Source: Psammoneis japonica (taxonomy: Eukaryota). From it: a stretch of 64,000 bases of DNA. The translations under genes and the position numbers were made by a program. Shown here piece by piece: positions 35,359 through 47,717 of this stretch (within the stretch, counting starts at the first letter, position 1; each line of letters starts with the position of its first letter). The stretch spans positions 121,330-185,329 of the forward strand of contig QPGO01000032.1 of NCBI GenBank assembly GCA_008632985.1. The letters run 5' to 3'. The notes under the pieces are model-generated. The model saw only the letters and a program-made list of their open reading frames with translations, was not told where the DNA came from and made no database searches.

Positions 35359-36602
35359 GGCGGGACTTGTTGGTCGTGAAGAAACTCTGCAAGAAGGTTT
35401 TCCTGCCCCAGCCCAACACTTGCATCATTGGTGGATGGGAAGTCACTCACTTCCGCATGCTGGACATGTTGAGAGATTTGCTTGCCCACTCAAACTCGAT
35501 GTTTGACAACAAGCACAATCTCAACATGAACAAGTCCATGCAGGCACATTTCAACAAGTTTGTTCCTGTTGACAATCAAGATCTCAGCGAGATCATGTCC
35601 AACAAATGGTGCTCCAACACATGCAATTGCCTCCCAGAGGACTTTGACTGTGAGAAAGACTTGCTCTTGCCAATTGGCTTGTGTGCTGATCAGACAGGGA
35701 CTGATGCCTGTCAAAGGCATCCCCTCAAACTCTGGTTGTTTTGCATTCTTCTTGCCAAGAGGCATGTGTGGAAGTGTGATTGTGCTTGGCATCACCTCAG
35801 GTTCATGCTGAGCATGGACAAGGGTGGGGCAAGTGGCACACTTGATGAGAGTGGCATCATGAACAAAGATGGACAAGCGGCTGAGTCTTCTTCATCAAAC
35901 ATGCAGGCTTGCCACAACATGTTGTCTTTTCTCTTGGAAGATTTGAAGGCGTTGCAGGTGGAGCCTCCCCTCATGATGGCAAACTTGGGTGGTGTTTGCC
36001 AGCTCATGCGCGTCCTCCTTGTGCAAGGGCCAACATCAGGGGACCAGAAGTTACAAGACTTTGTCTGTGGATAGAAAGCAACCAATGGTGGCAGTGCCAG
36101 TTGAGTGCATTGCTTCTGCATGTGTTCTGCCAATGATGTCACAAACACCTCCCACCCAACCAATGAGCTTGGCCTTTCTTGTTCTCCAATCAATGCAAAG
36201 ATTGTGTCCCGTCTTGACAAGCTGGCACTTGGATGGACCAGCTCCACTGCATCATTTGGCAAGGACAGTCCATTGGATGGCTGCCTCAAGAGGCAACAGA
36301 AGCTTGCGGCAGCTCTTCTTTTGCATCTGCACGCAATGCACCTGCTGAGAAACGCCTTTGATGGTGTCAACTTCAGAAGCAATCCATGGGGTGTGTTTTC
36401 AGCAACAGCTGATGATCACCTTCATTCCTGGGAAGCGGGTGGTGTGGAGAACATTGCACAAGTCTTGTGCTTTGGACTGGCCAAGACAGAAAAGGAAAAA
36501 TTTGAGACCAAGCTGAAAACTGTCATTGGAAGCTGCAATTCCACAGCCTTGACACAACTCAAGTTCTGGCTTTGGCAGAATCACTCTCCAGACCCACTCT
36601 GA
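35298..36602 (+). pseudogene. Plavaka-type (CMC-related) transposase, hypermutated
   Basis: LLLPIGLCADQTGTD (~PIxLYxDxT), QRHPLKLWLF, NMQACHNML, GDQKLQDFVCG and RNAFDGVNFRSNPWGVFSATADDHLHSWEAG resemble Plavaka transposase blocks. Internal stop and frame changes. Confidence 0.55.
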
Positions 36603-37321
36603 AAAAATGGGTTTGCTGTTCTGCCTGTGTGCAGCGATGCAATTTCTCAAGCCATGTGAGACAGCCAGTTGGCACTTGCAGAATGGTCATGATCCAGGAC
36701 TTGCCAATGTTGGTTTCTGATGACCAAATTGTGCATGTTTTTTGGATCCTTTTTTCAATGGCAAAGTGGTGGAAGTTGGGAGTGCCTGTGTTTTCATCAA
36801 TCCACTGGAGAAGCAACATGATGTCATTTGTCATGTTGTCCATTCTGTGGTTCAGAACCAAGCTTTGGAGTTTGTTTTGGGGAATCTCCCATTGGCAATT
36901 GTCCTTGTTTGGTGATTCAATGCATCGCCTCTCTTGCCAGGAGGGTCACCAGTGGAGGCATTGGTCACATGGCAGTGCTTCTTGCTGTCCAGTGAAGTGT
37001 GGAAACCACACTGTCACCTGGGTCATCACCAACTTCATCATCATTTGCTTCAGCACAGTGCACTTCTTCAATGAAATCACATCCACTTGGGTTCATGCAG
37101 CAAGGGGTGACTCCAATGTCACCAGCAGCTGTTCTGAAGTGCTTGATGGCACAGTGGAAATAAACAAGTGCAGTGTTGCCTTGAGAATTGCACAGTTCCT
37201 CCAAGTGCTTTGCTCCAATGTAGAAGAAGTGATTGAAGCAAGTCTGGCAGCTTGCCATGACAGCCAGATGAACACAACCACAAATGTCAAGGTCATCACA
37301 GATGTTGTGTGTGTGTGTGTG

Positions 37322-37337
37322 NNNNNNNNNNNNNNNN
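37322..37337. other. Assembly gap (N run) between (TG)n and poly-G
   Basis: Ns in the sequence. Confidence 0.98.
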
Positions 37338-39949
37338 GGGGGGGGGGCTTGGCAAGAGAAAGCAGAGATTTCTTGTAACAGAAGTGGGGGAGACCGCAGT
37401 CTCCTGCACTGTGTCACTGTGTTGTCCTCAGATCTCAGCAAGATAGACTCCCACGAACAACCATCATCAAGGAAAAGCTCTTCTGGGTGGCAATGGGATG
37501 GATCACCCTCAGGCAAAGTTTGTGTGCCGGAACATTCATGAATGAACCTGTCGCAGTTGCAATCAATTGCATGTGTAAAAACACCAACCCTTGCCTGGAG
37601 GTCTCTCATGCCACATTTCTTGATGCAGCAATCACCAGCCTCAGCACGGCTGTCAGTCAACAATTTCAGAGACCAAAGGTTGCCAACCTTGTCTGTCCTG
37701 AATGAGCAAAAAGCTCCGGTGTCATTGTGCGTGAACCAACAGCAGTCCTCTTTGTCTTTGTGTTCATGAGTTCTGTCACCAAGAGGCTCATGTTCTTGAG
37801 CTGAATTGAGTGAAGCTCATTGCCAGCAACTTTGGCACCAAGTTCCTCTCGTGTGGGTTGGCCAAACTGATGGGTGTGCTCCTTGTTGTTGCAGGAAGGT
37901 GGGAGATCAAAATGATTGATGTGCAACTCATCCTGACAGAGCTGCATGCAGTCAAAAGCATCAGCCAACATGGCCTCCACTTGGGGAATAAAATCTTCAT
38001 CATCGTTGTCCATTTCAAACATGTCAAAGCCAAACAAAGGAGAGGGCATTGCTTTGACCTTGTCTCCAACAACCCAATTCTGTCTGCAGCAACCAAAGTC
38101 AACATGACTTTTATGAACCCCCCCCCAGGAAGATGTTTGTTGTGGCTCTTGTCAGTTGTGCCACACTCCAAAACAAAACAAGCTTGTGTTCCAAAATGAA
38201 GTTTGAGCCCAGAGAAATGTTTTTTAAGTGGCTTGTCATCAGAACGGAGCATGGTTTGACCAGCTGCAATCTTGGTGACTTGGAGAGGGACTGAAATCAG
38301 CTCACAAGAGTGCCACATTGGATTGGAGAGTGACCTCAACGAAACAAATGTGTCAAAGCATGGAGGTTCACCACAAGGTGGAAATCCAAAGAGGAGTGAT
38401 GCAGAATTGGCTCTTGGTTGTTTGAGTTGTCATTGACATCACCGTCTTTGTCTGCCCCATTGCAAAATGCATGAAGACAAGGAGTGACTTTGGCAATTTG
38501 TTGAAGGCTGGGGGCAGGGCACTGATGCTCCGGTGGGAAATGAGCATGCCAGTTGTCCATGGGAACAACAAACTGGTCAGTCGTTTGATGAAGGGTGGCT
38601 GGTTGGGAGCTGGAAACATCATCATCTGTGGTCACATCATCTTCATCATTGTCAAGGTCACTGATGAGTTGCGCAAGGGGGGGGGGGGGCTTGGCATTGG
38701 GACAGCCAGAGGGATCATTGAGGCGGTGACAGGATGGCTGTTCAATGTCCATTAGAGTGTGCATTGTGGTGGTTTCCACTTTCTTTTGTAATTTTTTATT
38801 GTGCATTGTCAAAATTGTCAAAAATGAGAATTTAAAAAATGCCGGCAAAAGTGCTCAACAAAATGCAGCTGTTTTGTGCATTTCATCTGATGTCTCATTA
38901 ACTTTTCTTGCACAAGCTTCAATCAAATGCATGCAATGTTTAATTTGACAGGGTTCGAAATCTACATTTTGTGATGCGTGTTTTGGTTTCCTTTTGATTG
39001 CAATCAATTTGAACTTGGTTTTAACTTCATCCTCCTCACACTCACGTGCGTGTGTCTTTGCAGGTGTGCAGCAGTCTGCTGCACATGGCTTCACGCACGC
39101 ACGTGACCCACCTTCATTTTTCTTCATGTTTCCCAGATTTGCACAGCCCGTTGGTCTGCGGCATTTTCAGCACAAATTTTACATGCACATTTTTCTACAC
39201 ACTTCACAACACAACAGCACATCCTCTCCCCAAAATTTGAAAAACGAGAGCATGCACTGTTGTGATTCACGTGGATCCTGCATGTGGTTGCAAATCGGCA
39301 AATCAACAACCGGCCATGGTGGTGAAAGACTTTGCCCCATTGGCCAATGACAGCAGCTCAACACATGGTGAAACCTGCTGTCCTTCTGGTTGGTCAAGAT
39401 GGATTTTGATTCGGGTGCAGCTTGAGTTTCATGATCGCGATTGTGCTGTCACGAGTCTGCCGCATCCAGAATGCTGAGCTGCTGGCATGTTGTTTTGTGC
39501 ACGCACATCACAAACTTGCTTTTCTGCAGCATTGGTGCAGTCATGTGTGTCAGAGTTTTGCACCCAGAATCATCACAAGTTACCACAAATGACACTTTTC
39601 AAACAAGGCATGCACAGAAAGAGGTTTGTTGGTTTTTAATGCATTTGCTGACAGTGCATCTGTCTTCTCCAATTTCTGCATCAATGTCCAGAAATGCTGC
39701 AGACAGTGCTTGTTCCTGCAGCTCTCAGAATCACACACATGAAAAGTTCTTTGCTGTGTGTGACACTCTTCAAAAAAGGCATGCACAAAAAGAGCTTCAT
39801 TTGTTTTTCATGTGTTCAATTGCGTTGTGTCCGTCTTCTCCAATTTCCACTTCCAGATCCAGAAAAACTGCAGAGGCAGAGAGTGGGGAGGCAACCCGTT
39901 GGAGGTTGCCTGAGTTGTCAGGCTCATTTTTAAAGAAAAAAAAACAAAC

Positions 39950-40100
39950 TCTAATTTTAAGTGCTGTCACACCTTTGCCCAGCAACACCGGCGCCGGCCA
40001 ACCCACACTTCCAGTGCACCCTACGGAGGATGCAGCAGAAGATCGTGCAATTAGCCAGATTCGGCGCCCTGGATGGGGACACCCAATGGAAACAGCTGAA
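39950..40100. repeat. Dispersed repeat with an inverted copy at about 55970-56115
   Basis: CCAGCAACACCGGCGCCGGCCAACCCACACTTCCAGTGCACCC versus the reverse complement CCAGCAACACCAGCACCAGCCAACCCACACTTCCGGTGCACCC; differences lie at CpG sites. Confidence 0.8.
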
Positions 40101-40149
40101 GATGGTGCAAGTGCCTCTTTTAGCCAGGCATTTGGCTTCTTTCAAGCTT

Positions 40150-42900
40150 TCTTTGAGTCTTGGGGACCACAGAGATCCAATTTTGAATCCTCGCAGTGGC
40201 AAATGAATGGTGTTCCTCAACTGAATCTAGCAATGCGCCTCTGTCTTTAGCCAAACATTCCTGGCGTTTGTTGCAAATCGCCATCAATTCAGCTTCAACC
40301 TTTCTTCGTTGTGATGATTTACGAGACTCCACATCATGCAAGTGAGCCAGCTGGTTGTGCTCCTCCCATGGCTCCCACCAGCTTCTCCATGTGCAGGATC
40401 CCATCTGGACAGTCCAATCTGGTGGCTGTTTGTTTTCCTCCTGATGTTGACGCAAGATGCCTGAGTCGCAAAGATGACCAGTTTGTAGAAGGTTCCACAT
40501 GAACGAATGTCTGCCGTTGAAGATCTGTTGCCATCCAACACCCAACTGAGCTTTCCACAACTCCTTGCATCTGCAGTCCACGTTGTTGAGATGCGTGATT
40601 TCCTCGTGAAACCAAGCCTGCAGCATGTCCAATGGAAAGTCACAAAGAACAGGCATTGTGTCCACCTTGTCACAGTGTCTTTGCAGGCCTTGTAAGAACT
40701 TCCTCCTCCACTGTTCATTGTTGGGACATCGCAGAATGTGGTCCCTGTCTTCCATCGGATGATCTCATGTAATGCACTGGTGAGGGTGAACCGGATTGTA
40801 TCTGTGTGCAATTTTGTTGGCAGGTGACAAGTCGTGGACCAATTTTACCGTGTTGATGTGTTTCTGCGAATGACGCTTCACTGGGACCGCGTGGGCATTC
40901 CAATCAACTTGATCAGGCTCATTTTTAAAGGCTTCCCAAGTCTCTCTGCTGTTTCTGGTCCATGCTCCAAACATTTCATTGATGAACCATTCACAGCACA
41001 AGAGGCAGGTGCAAGGCAAACTTGGTCATTGCCGCACAATGTCTTGCACCACACACCGGCATCAATGTTGCTCCGGAATCAGCAGCGCTGGATGCGCATC
41101 GATGCACCGGCAAGTGTGTGTTTCAGCTCATGTCAGTTCATCTGCCTTGTGCTCTCACAATGTGCTCCACACTTTTTGGCAATGAACAAGGTTGACATCA
41201 GAGCAACAGCACTTCTGCTGCAAACTTGCCAGCTCCAGAATCAGCGGCATCAGACACACTGGCAAGTCCATGTTGCCAATTCACCAGCAAGAGTGTGTTG
41301 CGGTTCATGTCAGTCCATCTGCCTTGTGCTCTCACAATGTGCTCCACACTTTTTGGCAATGAATGAGGTGGACATCAGAGCAACAGCACTTCTGCTGCAA
41401 ACTTGCCTGCTCCAGAATCAGTGGCATTGGATGCACTGGCAAGCCCATGTTGCCATTCCTGTGGGTTGTGTTGGATCATCTGTGTTGCACTCTCACAACA
41501 TGGAAAAACTGGACATGCTTTTCAAGCACAATTGCTGTGTGGTTGGCCAAGCATTCAACTCTTGCACTCTGACTCTTGGAATGCTTGAATGCAAGAGGGA
41601 ACAATTCATTGAAGTGTTGACCTGTTGGATCAAAGAGGTGTGCACCTGTGACCTCTTGGAGGCTGCGGGTCTCAATGGATCACTTGAGAACCACACAAGA
41701 TGTGTGAGATGGGCTTGCCCACTTTTCTTCAAACTGCAGAATGTCACAAGAGCAGCATTCAAGCAGTGTCACCACATCATTTGGAGCCAGTGCAACAAGG
41801 AGATGAAGGTGGTTGAGCAACTCTTTTGTCAATTGCTGAATGCACAATGAAAGCAGACAGGTCAAATTGCCACCAAGGAGATGCTGGCGGCACTGCTTTG
41901 GCACACGCAAGCAAAAATTAATGTGTTGAAGGAGCTCAGACCAATCCTGACTTGTTCTCAGAGCACATTGGTTTTGTTGTCCCAAGAGACCCTGACATCC
42001 GGTGCTGTGGCAATGCTGGCACAGATTTTGGAGGCAGTGGATGCTGCCCAACATTGTGCTTCTGGCTTGACATTGGATGCGGTGTCAAGAATGCTGGACT
42101 GGGAACCCAGGGACACATCCACAGCATCATCAACCAATTGGAGTTCCCAGTGGTGACTCTCCTGTTTGCAGGGATCATTGCCTGGATGCGCGTGCTGACA
42201 TGGGAACAAGCTGACACAATGTTCCTGAATGGCATCCCTCCCCAGCCTGTTGTCCCAAATGAATGTGATGACTCTGCTTCTTCCTTGTCATGAAGCAACA
42301 AAGGATTGTCCACATTGCCATCTGCACAAGCCATGATCGCACATTTTTGTGAACAGTTGCGTGCCTCAGGAATGAGGCACAATTCTTGGACCTTGCTGGG
42401 ATGCTCAATCTGTTGGCTGACAATGCCATCTTGTGTCAACCTGACTGTGCTTTGCATCTTTTTGTCCACTTTGCTCAGCTGTGTCAGAGTTGGCCTGTGA
42501 TGAGGGATTGGGACTGTTTCCTCCCAAGTCCCAAGCTGCTACAGGGCCTCTGTTGTGCACTGTTGACAGCATCAACAGTGGTGCTGGCCGCAATCCCCAA
42601 GAATTTAGGATGCTTTGTTTGCGCTGAATCCATTGCTTTTGGCTCACCCATGACATGAACTGGCACAAGGATGACCCAGGTGTGACAATGGAAAATCTTG
42701 GCACCATTTTATGATGGCAATCCATGCATTGCATCTCATGTCAGGGAGTGCTTTGTTCTGCAAGCAAATCAAATTGGATGCCATCAAGAAGTGCCTTCTC
42801 ACAGCAGTGTCTTTTTGCACCCTCTTCAGCAAGGCTTGCCGGGACATTCACAGGAGCAACCCATTGAAAAAGGAGTTTTGTCCCTTGCTCCAGAATGTCT
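40150..42900 (-). mobile_element. Degenerate LINE (RNase H-bearing type), 3' portion
   Basis: VDWNAH...VKLVHDLSP...RY...C...EDRDHILRCP (C-terminal Zn-knuckle region) and QLGVGWQQIFNGRHSFMW. Upstream, ACADG and SHSFGTTGWG resemble RNase H motifs. Includes a ~180-bp tandem duplication at about 41105-41460. Confidence 0.6.
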
Positions 42901-43831
42901 TCAAGAGCATTGAGGAATGTGAAGAGGAGCCTGCATGCAAAGAGCCTGCAACCCTCGAGATGGTGGTTGAGCAGATTTGTCAAGGGGAATTCACGGCAGA
43001 GAAAGATCCAGATGGGCTCGTTGCCATCCAAGGAGATTGGAGCCAAGCAGCAACAACTGGTGGATTGTGGTGTGGTGAACATGCTCAGTCCAAGAATGAG
43101 AAAAACCCACAGCATCCACAATGAAATTTCAAGGATGACACCAAGGCTTTCACTCTGCACGATGTTTGCATCCCAACAAAGGACAGAAAGTGCTGCAAAG
43201 GAGCGGACATTGCTGCTGACACCCCTCTCTCAGTGGCATTGAAGAGTTCAAGCACAAGGCATTGTCTCAGATCAGTTGTGTTTGAGCAGTGCACTGCATT
43301 GTTTGCTGCTTTGCACGCCTGTCAGGTCACAACAACTGTGAGACCCCCTTGTCAACACACCGCAGTGAGAAGGGGAGTGTGAACTTGCTGACCACAAGTG
43401 ACTGACACTGCACTGTGCACTGCATTCATGCCACACCATGGCAGTTCAGAGGAAAGGAAATGGCTTGTGCAGCATCGATGCGTTGAGCCACCAGGCACCT
43501 GTCAGCTCTCATCTCAAGCAATGGCAGACCAATCAAAAGAACACCGTCATTGACAAGAGAGCCCTTTGGATGCAAAACAATCACAGTTTTCCTTTGCAGA
43601 AGAACAAAATGCTCCCGACCATCTTCTTGTTCATTGCAGAGGGAACAGCAAAGCCAACTGGCATGTTCACTCATCATGCAGCCTTTCTTTTGTGATGATT
43701 GAAGGAACAAAAAATGCAGAACAAAAACATTTTGCGCTCCAAGCGTGTTGCAACACCTTGTCATTTCATCCTCTCACTTCCCACAGCAGAGGCAAAAGGG
43801 CACCTTGTAGGGCATGAACAATCATTGCATG

Positions 43832-44360
43832 TCAATGTGATGCAGGCATGACATCAGCGCGGACATCGGGGCAGCGATATCCTGCTGCTACAAAGGCGAT
43901 AGTTTACGCAACTCTGATTGTAGCATCATGCGAGAATAAAAGAAAATATGAAATCATTGAATTACTAAAATATGAACTTCGTCTCTCTGAGGGGGGGCGC
44001 GAGGCGTTGTTCCATCATTTACTGCTGCTAAACCACTGTGTTTGGAACTTTTGCACGCGTTATCTCACCCCAAAAGAATTTGAAACTAAAGATTCAATGT
44101 GATGCAGGTATGACATCAGCGCGGACATCGGGGCAGCGATATCGTGCTGCTACAAAGGCGATAGTTTACGCAACTCTGATTGTAGCACCATGCGAGAATA
44201 AAAGAAAATATGAAATCATTGAATTACTAAAATATGAACTTCGTCTCTCTGAGGGGGGGGGGCGCGAGGCGTTGTTCCATCATTTACTGCTGCTAAACCA
44301 CTGTGTTTGGAACTTTTGCACGCGTTATCTCACCCCAAAAGAATTTGAAACTAAAGATTG
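43832..44360 (+). repeat. About 262-bp tandem duplication abutting the stop codon of paralogue C
   Basis: TCAATGTGATGCAGG(C/T)ATGACATCAGCG...GAAACTAAAGATT starts at about 43832 and 44094. Confidence 0.9.
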
Positions 44361-47300
44361 AAGGTGAGATCCGACCGTAGAGTCTGCAGGGCAAGCGTTT
44401 CATTGAGACTGGAAGCCCTGACAAATTGGAAAGTTATAGGTTGCGGTGCACCTATGGTAGCAAGGACGATGCTGTAGTAGCGTGCAGGTTCAGAAGGATC
44501 CTGACATTCAAGGTTGGACGCCTCAGCTTGTGCAATAAAGCTTGAAAAGTCATAATTGTCCGTATATTCCAGACATTGGAACTTCCTTAAAGGTAAATCG
44601 GCCGTGCAGTTCCGGTCGAATGGAGCAACAATGGGGGTGGGGTTTGTGACGTTCTCGCAACCATACGTTGCGCCAGAAAGCTCTTGAACAAATCCAGATA
44701 GTGGCTGGCAAGTCAGAGGAGTGGAGCCGTCGTTGCCCGTAAAGACGGGGTTACCAAACTCGTACCACGCTGAACAAGAGTACGGACGGCAGATGCCATC
44801 CGAGAAGCCACAAAATTCTAAAGCGCCACAGTCATTGTCTACGCTGCAATCCGGGCCCGGGGTGGGAGGAGGGGTGGGGGTATTGGAAAGTTCCGCATCC
44901 ATAAGGCGGGGTGGGTAATTTGGGTTCCACACAAACTCCTCGACACGGGTGGTGAGACCGTTAATGGTACTAGGGTTTGCGACACGGGTTTCGTACGTAT
45001 AGAATGGATTCCCATCAGAACACGTAAGGTCCGAATTTGTCGTGTCTTCCACAAATTGAGAGAAGTCTGTATTAGACGCATATTCCAGACACTCAAACTT
45101 CTGGAATTTATCCGGAAAGTCGGCTTCGCAGATGCGATTGAACTCAACTCTAAATTCCGGGTCCAAGAGCCTACAGCCCCAGTCGACTCCAACGGTTGAT
45201 GGATCAGGCCCAGCAAATGGCGAACACGAGAGCGGCACCGTGCCATCATTTCCGGTAAAACTGGTGGGCCCGAACTCATACCATGATTCGCAGGAAAAGT
45301 CGCGGCATCGGTTGTCGGTGCCACAGAATGCCAAACCCATACGCCCACAGTCTGAGTTCATGGTGCAGTTCCCGGCACCGGTTGGAAATGGCGTGGGAGG
45401 TGGTGGCATAGTACCTGTAGGAGACGGTGCAAGGGTAGGTGCAGGGGTCATAGGAGCTGTTGGCATAGTACCTGTAGGAGACGGTGCAGGGGTAGGTGCA
45501 GGGGTCATAGGAGCTGTTGGCAAATCAGGAGACGGTGCAGGGGTCGGAACTGGGCCCGGTGTCGGGAGGGGACGATCAGGAATACAGAAATCAAGGTCAT
45601 CGTTATCTTCGCACACGCTTCCATCTTCTGCATCTGCTTTAACAGTCACGGTCTTGTTGATACACTGGGGTGTGCAACTGTCGATCGTGCCTGGTTCAAT
45701 GATGCCGCGTGACTCGCTCGCTGGAATAGTCAAGCCGTCAGGTGGCAACAGATCCCTCACTTCTCCGTTGCAGGTGCGCTCAATCTCAGTGATTTCCAAG
45801 GACACATCACCCGGGTTAGCTATGACGTAAGTGTAATTCACATCAAAAAGACATTGGGAATCGATAACGCCGTCCTGGCTCCTGCATCCTTTAATCTGCA
45901 GGGCGCCGAACGTATCGTCGAGACTAATGGGCGCGTTCGCATTGGTACCAGATGCATCAAAGATGTTTTCTTGATTGACAGCACTAAGACCCGACTCAAC
46001 ATCGATGATGGTGCAGTTGAGCTCCGTTGGGAGACAAGTGCCATTCACGGCGCCAATGGTGATGGTTTGATCGATTTTGACGGTGCAGTTGCAGTACACC
46101 CTCTCCGTATCTACACATAAGATCAATGCTGAACCACCTTGAGGAATGGTATTCTCTTCGAAATCGGTACACAAGGCATTTGGTTGATCGTTATCGTCCT
46201 CGGTGCACAGAATATCAATCCAGGCAATAGTCAAGCGGTCAATGCACTCGCCACCGGTACAGGTCTCTGGGGGAGGTCTGATATCTTCGCAGGGTTCACC
46301 AGTGTCTGCGAGGATGCAGTCCAACGATACCTGAAGAGATTTGTTCAAAAAATCAACGACAGGTTAGAAGAAAATCCACAAGTTAGCATTGGGATGAATC
46401 GAGAATGTCGAGGGATCCAACTTACGTCCACATCACAAGGCAATAATTCAATGCAAAATTCGTCAGATTCACTGTCTTCACAAACAACGCCTTCTTCGTC
46501 CTCAGCCCTGACAACAACTTCGGTCGTGTAGCAATCCTCAATGCAGCGGTCCAGCGTTTGATTTTCCATTGGATTTACGCTTTCTCCCGGCTGAAGAGTT
46601 GTAGGATCGACAATGTCAATCAAGTCGTCGGTTTGGCCGTTGCGGGTTCGCAAAAGTTCAAGGATAGTAAAAGTCGTATCACCTGTATTCGTGACTGTGT
46701 AAGTGTATTTTAGATCCAAGAAGCAATCCTTCTCGTTCCCGTCGTCGTCCTCGCAGCTCTTTAGCGTAATACTACCAAACTTGTCTTGGAGTCTCAAATC
46801 CACTATTCCTGAAGTATCGAAAACCACCTCTTGGCAGAATGTATTGCCGTCGGGGCTTGAGATAACACACGTCATTGTTCCAGGTAGAGTGGAACCTTCG
46901 TTAGCTTCAAGAGTGAAGAAGCGATCAGATCCACTGCTGCTGACGGCATCGTCTTGAAAGGAAAAACCATCTCCTTCACAGGTAACACTCACAAGATCAG
47001 CGCTACTGCAGAAGTCTTCGTTGTCAGTAGTATCCATGCAAGTGAAGGTACCATCGTCCTCCTGACTGTTGTCACTTGTACCACATTCGCAATACAGGTA
47101 CTCGAATGTGAGCTTTGTGAGTGGTTCGCTAGTTGCGGCGCAATTGCCATCAATCGGTGGAATATTTTCACATTCGCTACCGACTGGTACGTCGTCGGCT
47201 CCGCTGGCAACTTCGCACTCAAGTATTACCTGATTGTTCAATAACACGGAAACGGCATATTAGCTTGTCTGCTGTTATTTGGTGAGAATCTTTTTTGCGC

Positions 47301-47717
47301 AAAATTTCCTTTACTTACATCAACATCGCACTCTCCAGTCGGCTGTGGGGTGGGTGGTTCAGTTGCCGGGGTGGGGATTGGCGTAGGTGGCAATGTCGAG
47401 AGTGGGGTGGGTGGTGGAGTAATCGGCGTCGGGGGTGGAGAGGGCGGAGGAGTAGGACCTGGCGTAGGTGGCGGTGGCGGCGTCGGATTCGGTGTTGGAC
47501 CTGGTGAAGGAGGTGGAGTAGGAGGTGGGGTTATGCTCTGACTGGTGTCTTGAAGAAGCCGTAGCCAGTATTGGCTTTCATCGTTCATCAAACCGGTTCC
47601 GAAACCAAACGCATTCCTCGAGTCGCTATCGTCTCGATTGCGGTCGCTATGGCTGAGCCTGTGAGAAGAGACCAAAAGGCATGTTGCTGCCAGTATCGTT
47701 GCACCCAGAATTCTCAT
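44351..47717 (-). CDS. Secreted Pro/Thr- and Cys-rich protein, paralogue C (intact); two introns at about 47318-47230 and 46425-46331
   Basis: Signal peptide MRILGATILAATCLLVSS, WLRLLQ, PTPP tract and two Cys-rich modules. These are followed by two C-terminal C.(M/V).(S/N)DCG..(A/E)FCG..D..CR..SC..W..FG repeats that A lacks. Confidence 0.88.

Larger units (their letters stand above)
30333..43420. mobile_element. About 13-kb nested, hypermutated transposon block in the spacer between paralogues C and B
   Basis: Homology with the A upstream region stops near 30290. TTAA-GGGGGGTCATCCCC at 30333 looks like a terminus. Homology with the B-A spacer resumes near 43430. The interior is TpA/CpG-depleted. 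Confidence 0.8.
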
